A stretch of 37,898 nt of DNA, from NCBI GenBank assembly GCA_964591285.1, contig CAZQAS010000016.1, forward strand, positions 1-37,898, read 5' to 3'. The translations under genes were made by a program, and so were the position numbers. The stretch is from an uncultured Rhodothermales bacterium. Its GTDB lineage: Bacteria > Bacteroidota > Rhodothermia > Rhodothermales > VXPQ01. Of this stretch, positions 17,746 to 25,894 are shown one piece after another. Every line of letters begins with the position of its first letter. The first letter of the stretch is position 1. The notes under the pieces were generated by a model. It saw nothing but the letters and a program-made list of their open reading frames with translations. It did not search any database and had not been told where the DNA came from.

Positions 17746-18600
17746 ATGACATCCGAATTGGGACGACAGATCGAATCTACGGCGGCCGACGCCGGTGCCG
17801 GCGCGGCGTCGGTGGCGTTCTACGACTACGCCACGGACACGTCCTGGAGTTACCGCGGAGCGCGCTGGTATCACGCCGCGAGCACGATCAAAGTGGCGGT
17901 GCTCGTCGGACTTTTCGCCGCCGTCGAAGAGGGCCGCTTTCGGCTGGACGATCGCCTGCACGTGCGCAACCGGTTCTTCAGCGCGCACGACGGGTCGGCT
18001 TATTCGGTCGGTTCGGCGCGTGATTCGAATTCCGAGGTACATGCGTCCGTCGGGAAGCTGATGCGCATTCGCGCACTCGCCGAGCACATGATCGCAACCA
18101 GCAGCAATCTCGCGACCAATCTCCTGCTCGACCTGGTCGGCGCCGGAGAAACGCAGGCCGCGCTGAAGGAGCTCGGCATCTCCGGCATCGATCTGGTCCG
18201 CGGCGTCGAAGACGATGCCGCCTTCGAGGCGGGGATCAACAACCGCGTCACGGCCGAGGGGCTCACGCGCCTGTTTCGCCTGATCGAGGATCGGCAGACG
18301 TTTTCCAAAGGGGCGGCCGAGGCGATGCTCGACATCCTTCACAAGCAGGAATTTAGTAGTGGCATTCCCGCCGGGATTCCGGAATCGGTCCGAAACGAAA
18401 CGCAGTTCGCGCACAAAACCGGCGACATTTCGACGGTCAACCACGATGCGGGCCTCGTGTACCTGCCGGATCGGCCTCCATACGTCGTGGCCATCCTGAC
18501 CGAGTGGGCCCCGGATGCTTCGAATCGCCGAGAAACCGTGGCTCGTATCTCGGAAGCAGTGTATTCCTTCGTCACGGGTCCGGAAGTTCATTCATCATGA
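17746..18600 (+). CDS. class-A beta-lactamase-fold serine hydrolase, no signal peptide
   Basis: The three active-site motifs occur in canonical order: SxxK (AASTIKV), SxN (ATSSNLA) and KTG (AHKTGDI). An E-x-x-x-N omega-loop-like block FEAGINN is also present. The N-terminus MTSELGRQIESTAADAGAG is not hydrophobic. I prefer the ATG at 17746 over the TTG at 17701. Confidence 0.8.
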   Translation: MTSELGRQIESTAADAGAGAASVAFYDYATDTSWSYRGARWYHAASTIKVAVLVGLFAAVEEGRFRLDDRLHVRNRFFSAHDGSAYSVGSARDSNSEVHASVGKLMRIRALAEHMIATSSNLATNLLLDLVGAGETQAALKELGISGIDLVRGVEDDAAFEAGINNRVTAEGLTRLFRLIEDRQTFSKGAAEAMLDILHKQEFSSGIPAGIPESVRNETQFAHKTGDISTVNHDAGLVYLPDRPPYVVAILTEWAPDASNRRETVARISEAVYSFVTGPEVHSS

Positions 18601-18618
18601 TCCAGATCTGCCGCCGCC

Positions 18619-19230
18619 ATGACTGACGCCATAACGATCCCAGGCCTCGCAGTCGTCGACGGCCGCGAACTAGCGAAGCCATACAGAAAGCTGCTGCGTC
18701 CCGGAGAGACGGTCACCGATGCGGAGGGGCAAGACGTCACGCTTCCGACGTACTTCTACGAGATCGACTCCTGGCAGCGGGCGCGCGGAACGGAGATGGC
18801 CCCGAATTTCGGGCTGTACGAGTTCATAAGTATCGACGTGCGGGAGGCGCACCTGCTGCGCTCCTTCCCGCGCTACGTGCCTCTCGCGCTCGCCCATCTT
18901 GCCGCCCACCTCGCGCTGCTGCGCAGCAGGCTCGGCACGTACGTGCACGTGGCGGCGAACGGAGGATACCGATCCCCCTCGCACGAAGTCGGCCCGGAGG
19001 CATCGGCCCATTGCTGGGGCACAGCCGCAAATATATATCGTATCGGTGACGATTATCTGGACACAGACGAGGCCATCTCGCGGTACACGGACATCGTTCG
19101 GTCCACGTTAACGGCCGCCAACATACGGCCGTTCGGCCGCAGGCCGTGGGGGACGATCGACCATCTGCACGTGGATCTGGGACGATACGTCGTGCCCCCG
19201 GAAAAACCGTACGCCGTCGAAGATGGATGA
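18619..19230 (+). CDS. M15/LAS-family (D-Ala-D-Ala carboxypeptidase-type, Peptidase_M15_3-like) metallopeptidase-like protein with a variant metal motif
   Basis: The blocks FGLYEF, LRSRLGTYVHVAANGGYRSPSHEV, SAHCWGTAAN and IDHLHVDLG match the LAS pattern SGYRS..N...SxHxxGxAxD...HVD. The exception is Asn at the Asp position. No signal peptide is present. The gene starts 18 nt after the upstream gene. Confidence 0.65.
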   Translation: MTDAITIPGLAVVDGRELAKPYRKLLRPGETVTDAEGQDVTLPTYFYEIDSWQRARGTEMAPNFGLYEFISIDVREAHLLRSFPRYVPLALAHLAAHLALLRSRLGTYVHVAANGGYRSPSHEVGPEASAHCWGTAANIYRIGDDYLDTDEAISRYTDIVRSTLTAANIRPFGRRPWGTIDHLHVDLGRYVVPPEKPYAVEDG

Positions 19231-19290
19231 ATGATCCGGCCGCTGGACGACGAGCGATGAAGAGGACTGGATTCGGGAGGATGACGAGCC

Positions 19291-20616
19291 GTGGTGAAGA
19301 AGAATTCGCAGAGGCTGAAGGGCGAGCTCGAAGGAAAGCAGACCCACCTGGATCTGTCCGCGATCGGGCTCGAGGCGGAGTTCACGGTATTCATCGACGA
19401 GGAGCACGTAGAGCCGGAGCAAGTTTTTGCTGATCCGACGGGCTTCGTGCGCACCCCCCTCCTGCATCGCGTCGGAACGTCGTACCATCTGCCGACCGGC
19501 GGGGCCGTCTACTTCGATACCGGTGTCATCGAAATCGCCACGCCGGTTATCGAGATCGCCCCCGCTTGCGGGGCACGAGCGGGCCGGTCGCTCTGGGAGA
19601 GCATACGGTTCGTTCGGAACGAGCTGGATGCGTGGGAGGAGCAGACAGGCCGACGAGTACGGCTGGCCGGTTTTAGCGCACACTACAACATCTCGTTCGA
19701 AAACGGCCCTGGGACCGTCGATCGAGCGCCGCGGACGGTGGACGACCTCGCGCTCCTGCTCGTCCACATCCTTCCCGTTCCCGTTATGCTCCTCGCGGCA
19801 AACCCACGATCTACCGGAATCGGCGTGCGCCCGCGCGGCGAGCGGATCGAAGTGACGGCCGACTTTACACCCAGTCCTGCGCTCATGGTCGCGGCGGCCA
19901 CCTTTATTACAGCGGTCGCACGCGAGGTCATGCGCGACCCTGCCTACCATCTCGGCTGGTTGAATGAGCCGGGCGTTCCGGTCATCGACGGATTCTCGCC
20001 GATCCCGCACACCACGCGAAACGGCTGGCTGGCTCGGTGGGATTGTTATTCGGCCAACCCGTTTCGAACGGCACCGTCCGAATCCTCCTGGCGGATCGTC
20101 GGCAGCGATCACCCGCTCAGTCTTCGAGAGATCGGTAAGGAGATTTACGAAGCATTTCGGCCCGCCGTACGCCGAATTTCCGACCCGTTCACACGCCGGC
20201 TGTTGGATTCTGTTTTTCTGCGAAAGGCGCCGGTTTTGCTGGATCTGCCGGATCGGCCCGCCGCGTACGACGACGTCGGCAATCTCTGCTTCTGGGACGA
20301 CCTCTTTCCCGAAGGCTCGCTCACCCGGTCCCTGTACGAGCGCGTCCTCATCCGAGCGATCGCCGGCGACGTGCTCGAGCTGAGCGGGCGGCGGTACGTG
20401 CCGGTCGGCATGCGGGGCTGGTCGGAGGTCGTCTTCGAGCGGCTGCCGGAACGCACACGGCAGCGCTTCTCGGTCGATTTCCTCAGCAGCCAGCTGGACC
20501 AATGGGAAGGCGGACGTTCCGCTCGCAGCGCCCGGGGCAGGCGGTCCCGCTGTGGGCCACCGAAGCGGCGAGCACGCCGCATCAGCGGTACACCCGGTAC
20601 ACGCGATTCGCCGTGA
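19291..20616 (+). CDS. glutamine-synthetase-fold carboxylate-amine ligase-like protein (GCS2 / PafA-Dop-like)
   Basis: GTG start preceded by GGGAGG 10 nt upstream. The motifs are IGLEAEFTVF (GxExEF/Y strand), GGAVYFDTGVIEIATPV (compare GxRxYxDxxHPEYxTPE of Pup ligases and E-I-x-T-x-P of GCS2) and GFSAHYNISF. The Arg-rich C-terminal tail overlaps the convergent NHL gene by 35 bp. Confidence 0.6.
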   Translation: MVKKNSQRLKGELEGKQTHLDLSAIGLEAEFTVFIDEEHVEPEQVFADPTGFVRTPLLHRVGTSYHLPTGGAVYFDTGVIEIATPVIEIAPACGARAGRSLWESIRFVRNELDAWEEQTGRRVRLAGFSAHYNISFENGPGTVDRAPRTVDDLALLLVHILPVPVMLLAANPRSTGIGVRPRGERIEVTADFTPSPALMVAAATFITAVAREVMRDPAYHLGWLNEPGVPVIDGFSPIPHTTRNGWLARWDCYSANPFRTAPSESSWRIVGSDHPLSLREIGKEIYEAFRPAVRRISDPFTRRLLDSVFLRKAPVLLDLPDRPAAYDDVGNLCFWDDLFPEGSLTRSLYERVLIRAIAGDVLELSGRRYVPVGMRGWSEVVFERLPERTRQRFSVDFLSSQLDQWEGGRSARSARGRRSRCGPPKRRARRISGTPGTRDSP

Positions 20617-21502
20617 CGGCGAACAGCGCGCCATTGCCGGTGGCGGCGACGTCCACGAGGCGCTCCGAGATCATTGGCCGCAGCTCCCTGAGGAATCTTC
20701 CGCGACGATCAAAGACGTGGATGGCGTCTGCCGTAACGGCGTAGACCTCCTCTTGATGGCCCGCCACAGCCACGAGTCCGGCGAGGCGTCCGGCGCCGAT
20801 CGTATGCGTGTGCGAGCCGAATTGATCGTAGACCAGGACCGCACCGCGCCCGCGATCGGCCACGTAGAGCTGCGACTCCGTATCCGCCCACAGAGAGACC
20901 GGCTCGCCGAGCACGCCCGAGCCTGCATCGACGTCTCCGATGACGGCGGTGAGGCTTCGATTCTCGTTCCACATCAGGACGACGTTCCGATCCGCGTCGA
21001 TGGCGGCGATCTCGTTAGAGCCGAAGGAGGCCACGGCAATCGGCATGCCGGTCGTTCCGCTCCGGGGATCGACGTCGCGGCGCCGGTAGGTGATCCTTCC
21101 ATCGTCGCCCGGGCGACCGCGTGTGAGGGGGATGGATCCGAGAAAGGCGTGTGATCTCGAGAAAAGCTGGATGCGGCCGTTACCGGCGTCGGCAACCAGC
21201 AGGACGAGGCCGTTTGTCGGGTCGACGTCCATCGGCCGATCGAACGAGCTCTCGCGCGATCCGGGGCCGCCGATGCGTTCGACGAGCAGGCCCGTGGTAT
21301 CGAGCTTCACGATGACGTGCCGTCCTGCATCGGCCACGTACAGTGCGCCGAACGGATCGGACTCGATCCCACGAGCATCATCAAATCGTACGAACGGCAG
21401 CGGAACCGCCGCCACCGTGTCGATGGATGCACCTGAACCTGCGTCTGCCGGTCCCGCCTGCGGCGGCGGAAGCGACAGCATCAAGAGGAAGAGGAGGATC
21501 AT
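20582..21502 (-). CDS. NHL-repeat beta-propeller protein, secreted
   Basis: Signal-like N-terminus MILLFLLMLSLPPPQAG. It carries repeated blocks of the form P.G..VD..G.LYVAD..N.RI..F (ALYVADAGRHVIVKL, VLLVADAGNGRIQLF, QLYVADRGRGAVLVY). Its start overlaps the purD stop (ATGA at 21499-21502). Confidence 0.7.
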   Translation of the reverse strand: MILLFLLMLSLPPPQAGPADAGSGASIDTVAAVPLPFVRFDDARGIESDPFGALYVADAGRHVIVKLDTTGLLVERIGGPGSRESSFDRPMDVDPTNGLVLLVADAGNGRIQLFSRSHAFLGSIPLTRGRPGDDGRITYRRRDVDPRSGTTGMPIAVASFGSNEIAAIDADRNVVLMWNENRSLTAVIGDVDAGSGVLGEPVSLWADTESQLYVADRGRGAVLVYDQFGSHTHTIGAGRLAGLVAVAGHQEEVYAVTADAIHVFDRRGRFLRELRPMISERLVDVAATGNGALFAVTANRVYRVYR

Positions 21503-22782
21503 GGGATCGGCAGTCCCTTCCGCCCTATGTCGCGGCGGTACTGCATGCCGTCAAAGGAGATGAGCGCCGTGGCGGCGTAGGCGCGCTCGAGTGCGCTTTG
21601 GAGATCGTCGGCCAGCGCCGTGACGCCGAGCACACGACCACCCGCCGTCACAACGCGCCCTCGATCGTCCAGTTTCGTGCCTGCGTGGAAGACGTGCACG
21701 TCGGGAAGGCTCGCCGCCTGGTCCAGGCCGTCGATGGGGAAACCCGTTTCATAGTCGCCCGGGTATCCGGCCGAGGCGAGTACGACGCACACCGCGGACC
21801 CGGATCGCCGGCTTCCTTCGATGCTCCCGAGATTGCCGCCGGCCATCGCGCGAAACAGCGCCGCACCGTCTCCGGCGAACAGCGGCAAGAGCACCTGCGC
21901 CTCGGGATCACCTAAGCGGCAGTTGAATTCGACCACCTTGGGCCCCTCCGAGGTGATCATCAACCCGCAGTAGAGCACGCCCGTGTACGGGTCGCCCTCC
22001 TCGTCCATCGCGCGGAGCGTCGGTTCGATGATGCTTCGACGAACCTGCTCCAGAATCTCGTCCGTCACCACGGGCGCCGGCGCGTAGGCGCCCATCCCGC
22101 CGGTGTTCGGACCGCGATCTCCCTCGCCGATTTGCTTGTGGTCTTGTGCGGGCGCCAGCACGACGTAGTCGCGTCCGTCCGTCAGCGCGAACACGCTGGC
22201 TTCCTCGCCTTCCATGTACTCCTCGACGACGACCTCCTCGCCGGCCGGCCCGAATTCACGGTCCCGGACGATCATCGTGAGGGCCTCGCGTGCTTCCGAG
22301 ACGGATGTACACACGATGGCCCCCTTGCCGCCGGCCAGTCCGCTCGCTTTCACGACGATGGGTGCGCCCTGCTGCTCAACGTACTCGACGGCCTCATCAA
22401 GCCGCTCGGCTTCGAAGGTGCGGTGGGCCGCCGTCGGAATTCCGTGGCGCTTCATGAATGCTTTGGCGAAGGCCTTGCTACCTTCCAGGCGCGCCGCGCC
22501 GGCCGTCGGGCCGACGATCCCGAGGCCCTCGTGGCGAAAACGATCGACGATCCCCAGCACGAGCGGCTTCTCCGGCCCGACGATGGTGAGGTCGACCTCG
22601 TTTTTACGGGCGAAGGTGAGGAGAGCATCGACGTCGCTGGCCTTGAGGTCGACATTCTCTGCCGCCTGGCCGGTACCCGCATTGCCGGGCGCCGCGAAAA
22701 TGCGTTCCACCTCTGCGCTCTTCGAAAGATACCAGACGAGCGCATGCTCGCGTCCGCCGCTTCCCACCACTAAGATTCGCAT
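21499..22782 (-). CDS. purD: phosphoribosylamine-glycine ligase
   Basis: Starts MRILVVGSGGREHALVWYLSKS. It contains the ATP-grasp blocks VVKASGLAGGKGAIV and GPNTGGMGAYAPAP, and ends with the C-terminal GGRVLGVTA block. Confidence 0.97.
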   Translation of the reverse strand: MRILVVGSGGREHALVWYLSKSAEVERIFAAPGNAGTGQAAENVDLKASDVDALLTFARKNEVDLTIVGPEKPLVLGIVDRFRHEGLGIVGPTAGAARLEGSKAFAKAFMKRHGIPTAAHRTFEAERLDEAVEYVEQQGAPIVVKASGLAGGKGAIVCTSVSEAREALTMIVRDREFGPAGEEVVVEEYMEGEEASVFALTDGRDYVVLAPAQDHKQIGEGDRGPNTGGMGAYAPAPVVTDEILEQVRRSIIEPTLRAMDEEGDPYTGVLYCGLMITSEGPKVVEFNCRLGDPEAQVLLPLFAGDGAALFRAMAGGNLGSIEGSRRSGSAVCVVLASAGYPGDYETGFPIDGLDQAASLPDVHVFHAGTKLDDRGRVVTAGGRVLGVTALADDLQSALERAYAATALISFDGMQYRRDIGRKGLPIP

Positions 22783-22915
22783 GCCGGTTTGTTTTGCCTA
22801 ACTTAATTATCTCACTCAATTCGCAGTCTTCCACGCAGAGGAATGCCGGCCGCGGTGCTCGTCGCCGCCATCTGAGTTCATCCAGATTTTCTAAGCTACG
22901 TTGAACAGCGCTTTG

Positions 22916-24151
22916 ATGCTTCTCCGCCGCATCCTCCCAGGCGGGCTCTTCTTCATCCTCCTCCTACTCCCCGCCGAGCTGGCTGCCCAAGACACCTCAG
23001 CGGATGCGGCTGACGTACACCAGGTCGAGACCTCGTTCCTGTTCTACCCGGCGCCGATCTGGTCGAGAACGACCGGCTTCTCGGCCGGTGCCGGCTACGA
23101 GATCGAGAATTTCCCGATCCCCAACAGCTCGCTGCAGGCCACGGTAAAGCCCGGCCAGCACATGGGCCGCTATGCGCTGACCTACGCTCTCGGCAGTCCG
23201 TATGACGACCTCATCTACCTCGTACCTGACCTCTACTACGAGACCACGGGGCGCCACTGGTATTACGGAATGCACACGACCTCCTCAAGAGACGATGAGG
23301 TGGCGGTCGAGAAGGAGATGGTCAAGGCCGAGCTTCGTCTAGGCATTCAACCGTTTGGCGGTATGCTGCGACTGCAGCCCTCGGCGGCGTATGTCCGGCA
23401 TCACGTTCACGGATACGAAACTTTTAGCCCCGGAGCCGTGCAGCGCCTCTCTCCGCTCTCGCAGCTGTATCTCTTCTACGCGGCCGGCGAGACGTCGGAC
23501 GCGCCGCGGTATCAGGAAGGGCTCACGGTCGGTCTCTCCGGAGCACTGGATTTCCGGGATCGCCCCGCCCGCCCGCGCCGAGGGCTGCTCCTCGAAGCAT
23601 CCGCGCATCGATCCGAGTTCCGGGCCACGCCGAATATCGCGTTCGACCGGTTTGAAGCGTATGCCTACGGGTACATACCCGTTCGGGACAATACTTTCGC
23701 CGTGCGAGTGGTCGCTATGAACGTCAACCATAAATCGAAGGCCCCCATTCCGTTCTATATGCATCCCACGCTTGACGACCGTCTGCTTCCGGGGTACTCG
23801 CGCAACCGCTTCTACGGAAATGATCTTCTGGCGCTGACGGCGGAGTACGGTGTGACGCTCTTCCAGATGGTGGGTTTTGCGGCGATGGATGCGCTGCTCT
23901 CTGCCGGTGTAGGGAACGTGTACCTCGACATGTTCAGGGAATTCGAGCCGGCGATTAGTTTTGATGAGGATCCGGGCGCGGGACCGCGGTACCCGCTTCG
24001 CCCGAGCGTAGCGGCGGGATTCAACCTGCAGGGGTACGACACCGACGGCTGGAGCATGCGCGTCTTGCTCGGCTGGGGCGTGGAGGGCGTCCGCCTCGTC
24101 CGCTTCGCCTTCGTTCACGACATGCGCCGCGCCGAGATACAGACGCGGTGA
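22916..24151 (+). CDS. Omp85/BamA-TamA-like outer-membrane beta-barrel protein without obvious POTRA domains
   Basis: Signal peptide MLLRRILPGGLFFILLLLPAELAAQ. The C-terminal block LLPGYSRNRFYGNDLLALTAEYGVTLFQ...SAGVGNVY resembles the Bac_surface_Ag motif (LRGY..F.G......E.R.P). I prefer the ATG at 22916 over the TTG at 22901. Confidence 0.6.
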   Translation: MLLRRILPGGLFFILLLLPAELAAQDTSADAADVHQVETSFLFYPAPIWSRTTGFSAGAGYEIENFPIPNSSLQATVKPGQHMGRYALTYALGSPYDDLIYLVPDLYYETTGRHWYYGMHTTSSRDDEVAVEKEMVKAELRLGIQPFGGMLRLQPSAAYVRHHVHGYETFSPGAVQRLSPLSQLYLFYAAGETSDAPRYQEGLTVGLSGALDFRDRPARPRRGLLLEASAHRSEFRATPNIAFDRFEAYAYGYIPVRDNTFAVRVVAMNVNHKSKAPIPFYMHPTLDDRLLPGYSRNRFYGNDLLALTAEYGVTLFQMVGFAAMDALLSAGVGNVYLDMFREFEPAISFDEDPGAGPRYPLRPSVAAGFNLQGYDTDGWSMRVLLGWGVEGVRLVRFAFVHDMRRAEIQTR

Positions 24152-24219
24152 CGTCGTCGCGCCGAGCATCCGGGCAACGGCGAATTTGGAAGCGATTACG
24201 CATTCGATCGACACGATGG

Positions 24220-25188
24220 ATGAAACACGGACGCCTCGTCAAGGCGCTGCTGGCGATCGTCGCGATCGGGTTTCTCGTCTACTACGTGGATCCCGAAGCG
24301 ATGGCGTCCGCGGCCGCCGGCGCCAGTCCGTGGTGGATCGCCGCCGCCGTACTGCTGCTGCCGGCGAACGTCTTTCTAGAGGGATCGGTCTGGCACCTGC
24401 TCATCCGCCGGGTTGATCCGACGATGACCCGCCGCGAGAGCTTCGGCGCGCTGTTTACGGGCTACGCGCTGGGTTTTTTCACGCCGGGCCGTGCCGGAGA
24501 GTTCGCGGGGCGCGCCTTTCACGTCCGGCATCACGACAAGTGGGAGGTCGCCGCAGTGGTGGCCGTGCAGCGCCTCTACGACATGGCGGTCGTCGTCTCG
24601 CTCGGCACGGCTGCGCTCATCCTCTTTCAACGCACGCGCAGTCTCCCTCCCGAGGGCCTCTGGACGATCGTCGCCGCAGCCGGCGCCCTTATCGGTGCGA
24701 CGCTGGTATCGGCCGCACTGGCCCCGAAATCGGCACACCGGATAGCCGTCCGGCTGCTTCCGTTTGAGACATGGCGGCGGCGGATCGGCTTCCTGGCACG
24801 CCTCACCACGGCCGACGGCGTGCGCGTCGTCGGACTCGATGCCGCCCGCTTCGCGATCTACTCGACGCAGTTCTTTCTGCTCCTACGTGCCCTGGTCCCC
24901 GCGGCGGACCCGGCGGCCGGTTATCTTGGAATCGGCCTCGTGTTCCTCGCCAAATTCCTGATTCCGTCCATTACCTTCATGGATCTCGGCATCCGCGAAG
25001 GGGCCGCCGTCTTCTTTCTCGGGAGGATGGGATTCGCGGAGGCGGCGGCGCTGAACGCATCCCTGCTTCTGTTCGCCATCAACCTCCTGCTTCCGGCGGC
25101 CATCGGGATTCGATTCGTGATGAAGATGCGCCTGAGCGCCGCGCCGGACGAACGGCTGCCTCAGGCCGGAGACTGCGCGCAGCCATGA
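24220..25188 (+). CDS. flippase-like membrane protein (lysyl-phosphatidylglycerol synthase TM domain / UPF0104 family)
   Basis: Polytopic membrane protein starting MKHGRLVKALLAIVAIGFLVYYV. It carries the family-typical loop FTPGRAGEFAGRAF. An alternative GTG start at 24148 would overlap the upstream stop. Its stop overlaps the deacetylase start (ATGA at 25185-25188). Confidence 0.7.
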   Translation: MKHGRLVKALLAIVAIGFLVYYVDPEAMASAAAGASPWWIAAAVLLLPANVFLEGSVWHLLIRRVDPTMTRRESFGALFTGYALGFFTPGRAGEFAGRAFHVRHHDKWEVAAVVAVQRLYDMAVVVSLGTAALILFQRTRSLPPEGLWTIVAAAGALIGATLVSAALAPKSAHRIAVRLLPFETWRRRIGFLARLTTADGVRVVGLDAARFAIYSTQFFLLLRALVPAADPAAGYLGIGLVFLAKFLIPSITFMDLGIREGAAVFFLGRMGFAEAAALNASLLLFAINLLLPAAIGIRFVMKMRLSAAPDERLPQAGDCAQP

Positions 25189-25877
25189 TAAACCTCGTTA
25201 CGATCGTCGGGACACTTCTTCCTCGCGGTGCCGCTTCCCTGTTTCCGGATCTTTTGTGGCGGATGCCTGCCGTCGACCGCACGGCGTATCTGACGTTCGA
25301 CGACGGCCCGAATCCGACCCTCACGCGAAAGCTAATGGACATACTCGCTCGCCATGACGCGCGCGCGACGTTCTTTTTGATCGGATCGAAGGCCGAACGA
25401 CAGCCGGATCTCGTGCGTGCGCTCGCTGAGGGCGGGCATAGCCTCGGAAATCACACGTATACGCACCCGGATCCCTGGCGCACGCCCCGCGCCGACCTAC
25501 TGCGCGAGCTCGACCGAACGACCGTCGAACTGGAGGCGATCACGTCGAAACCCATCCACTGGATGCGGCCTCCCTACGGCCACTTCACCCGTCCGATGCG
25601 CGCATGGTGCGAGCAACAGCGGCAGCAGCTCACGATGTGGGACCTCGCACCCGCCGACTATCTGGAGCGGATCTCAGCGGCCGACGTCGAGCGGCACGTC
25701 CATGCGTACATACGGAAGGGATCGGTCATCGTGCTTCACGACAACCCCCGTGCCGCGGACGCGACGATCCCGGCCCTGGAGCGGCTGCTCGGCGTGCTTA
25801 CGTCGGAAGGATGGAGATTTGAAGCGCTCCCGTCGGATCCGTCCCTCGCCGCCTCTGGCGAATCAGAGAACGTTTAG
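25185..25877 (+). CDS. polysaccharide deacetylase (CE4 / NodB homology domain)
   Basis: NodB motifs occur in order: TFDDGP, HSLGNHTYTH and MRPPYG. A later IVLHD block follows. I place the start at the ATG at 25185 (MINLVTIVG...) within the longer tracked frame 24771..25877. Confidence 0.85.
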   Translation: MINLVTIVGTLLPRGAASLFPDLLWRMPAVDRTAYLTFDDGPNPTLTRKLMDILARHDARATFFLIGSKAERQPDLVRALAEGGHSLGNHTYTHPDPWRTPRADLLRELDRTTVELEAITSKPIHWMRPPYGHFTRPMRAWCEQQRQQLTMWDLAPADYLERISAADVERHVHAYIRKGSVIVLHDNPRAADATIPALERLLGVLTSEGWRFEALPSDPSLAASGESENV

Positions 25878-25894
25878 AATGTCGACCTCCTAGC

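Noticed and set aside
20582-20616. 35-bp convergent overlap between the ligase C-terminal tail and the 3' end of the NHL gene, considered as a possible frameshift or sequencing error
   Set aside because: I can see no frame disruption. Arg-rich C-terminal tails and short convergent overlaps are common in high-GC genomes. The true ligase stop cannot be tested without homolog alignment.
17596-20634. 331-aa and 508-aa minus-strand ORFs (17596..18591 and 19108..20634) opposite the three-gene cassette
   Set aside because: The plus-strand frames carry ordered catalytic motifs (STIK/SSN/KTG, LAS motifs, GxExEF). A GGGAGG ribosome-binding site also precedes the ligase start. The minus-strand translations have no motifs and are Arg/Pro/Gly-rich.
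23339-24214. 291-aa minus-strand ORF
   Set aside because: It is antisense to the Omp85-like gene and its product is Arg-rich with no signal peptide or motif.
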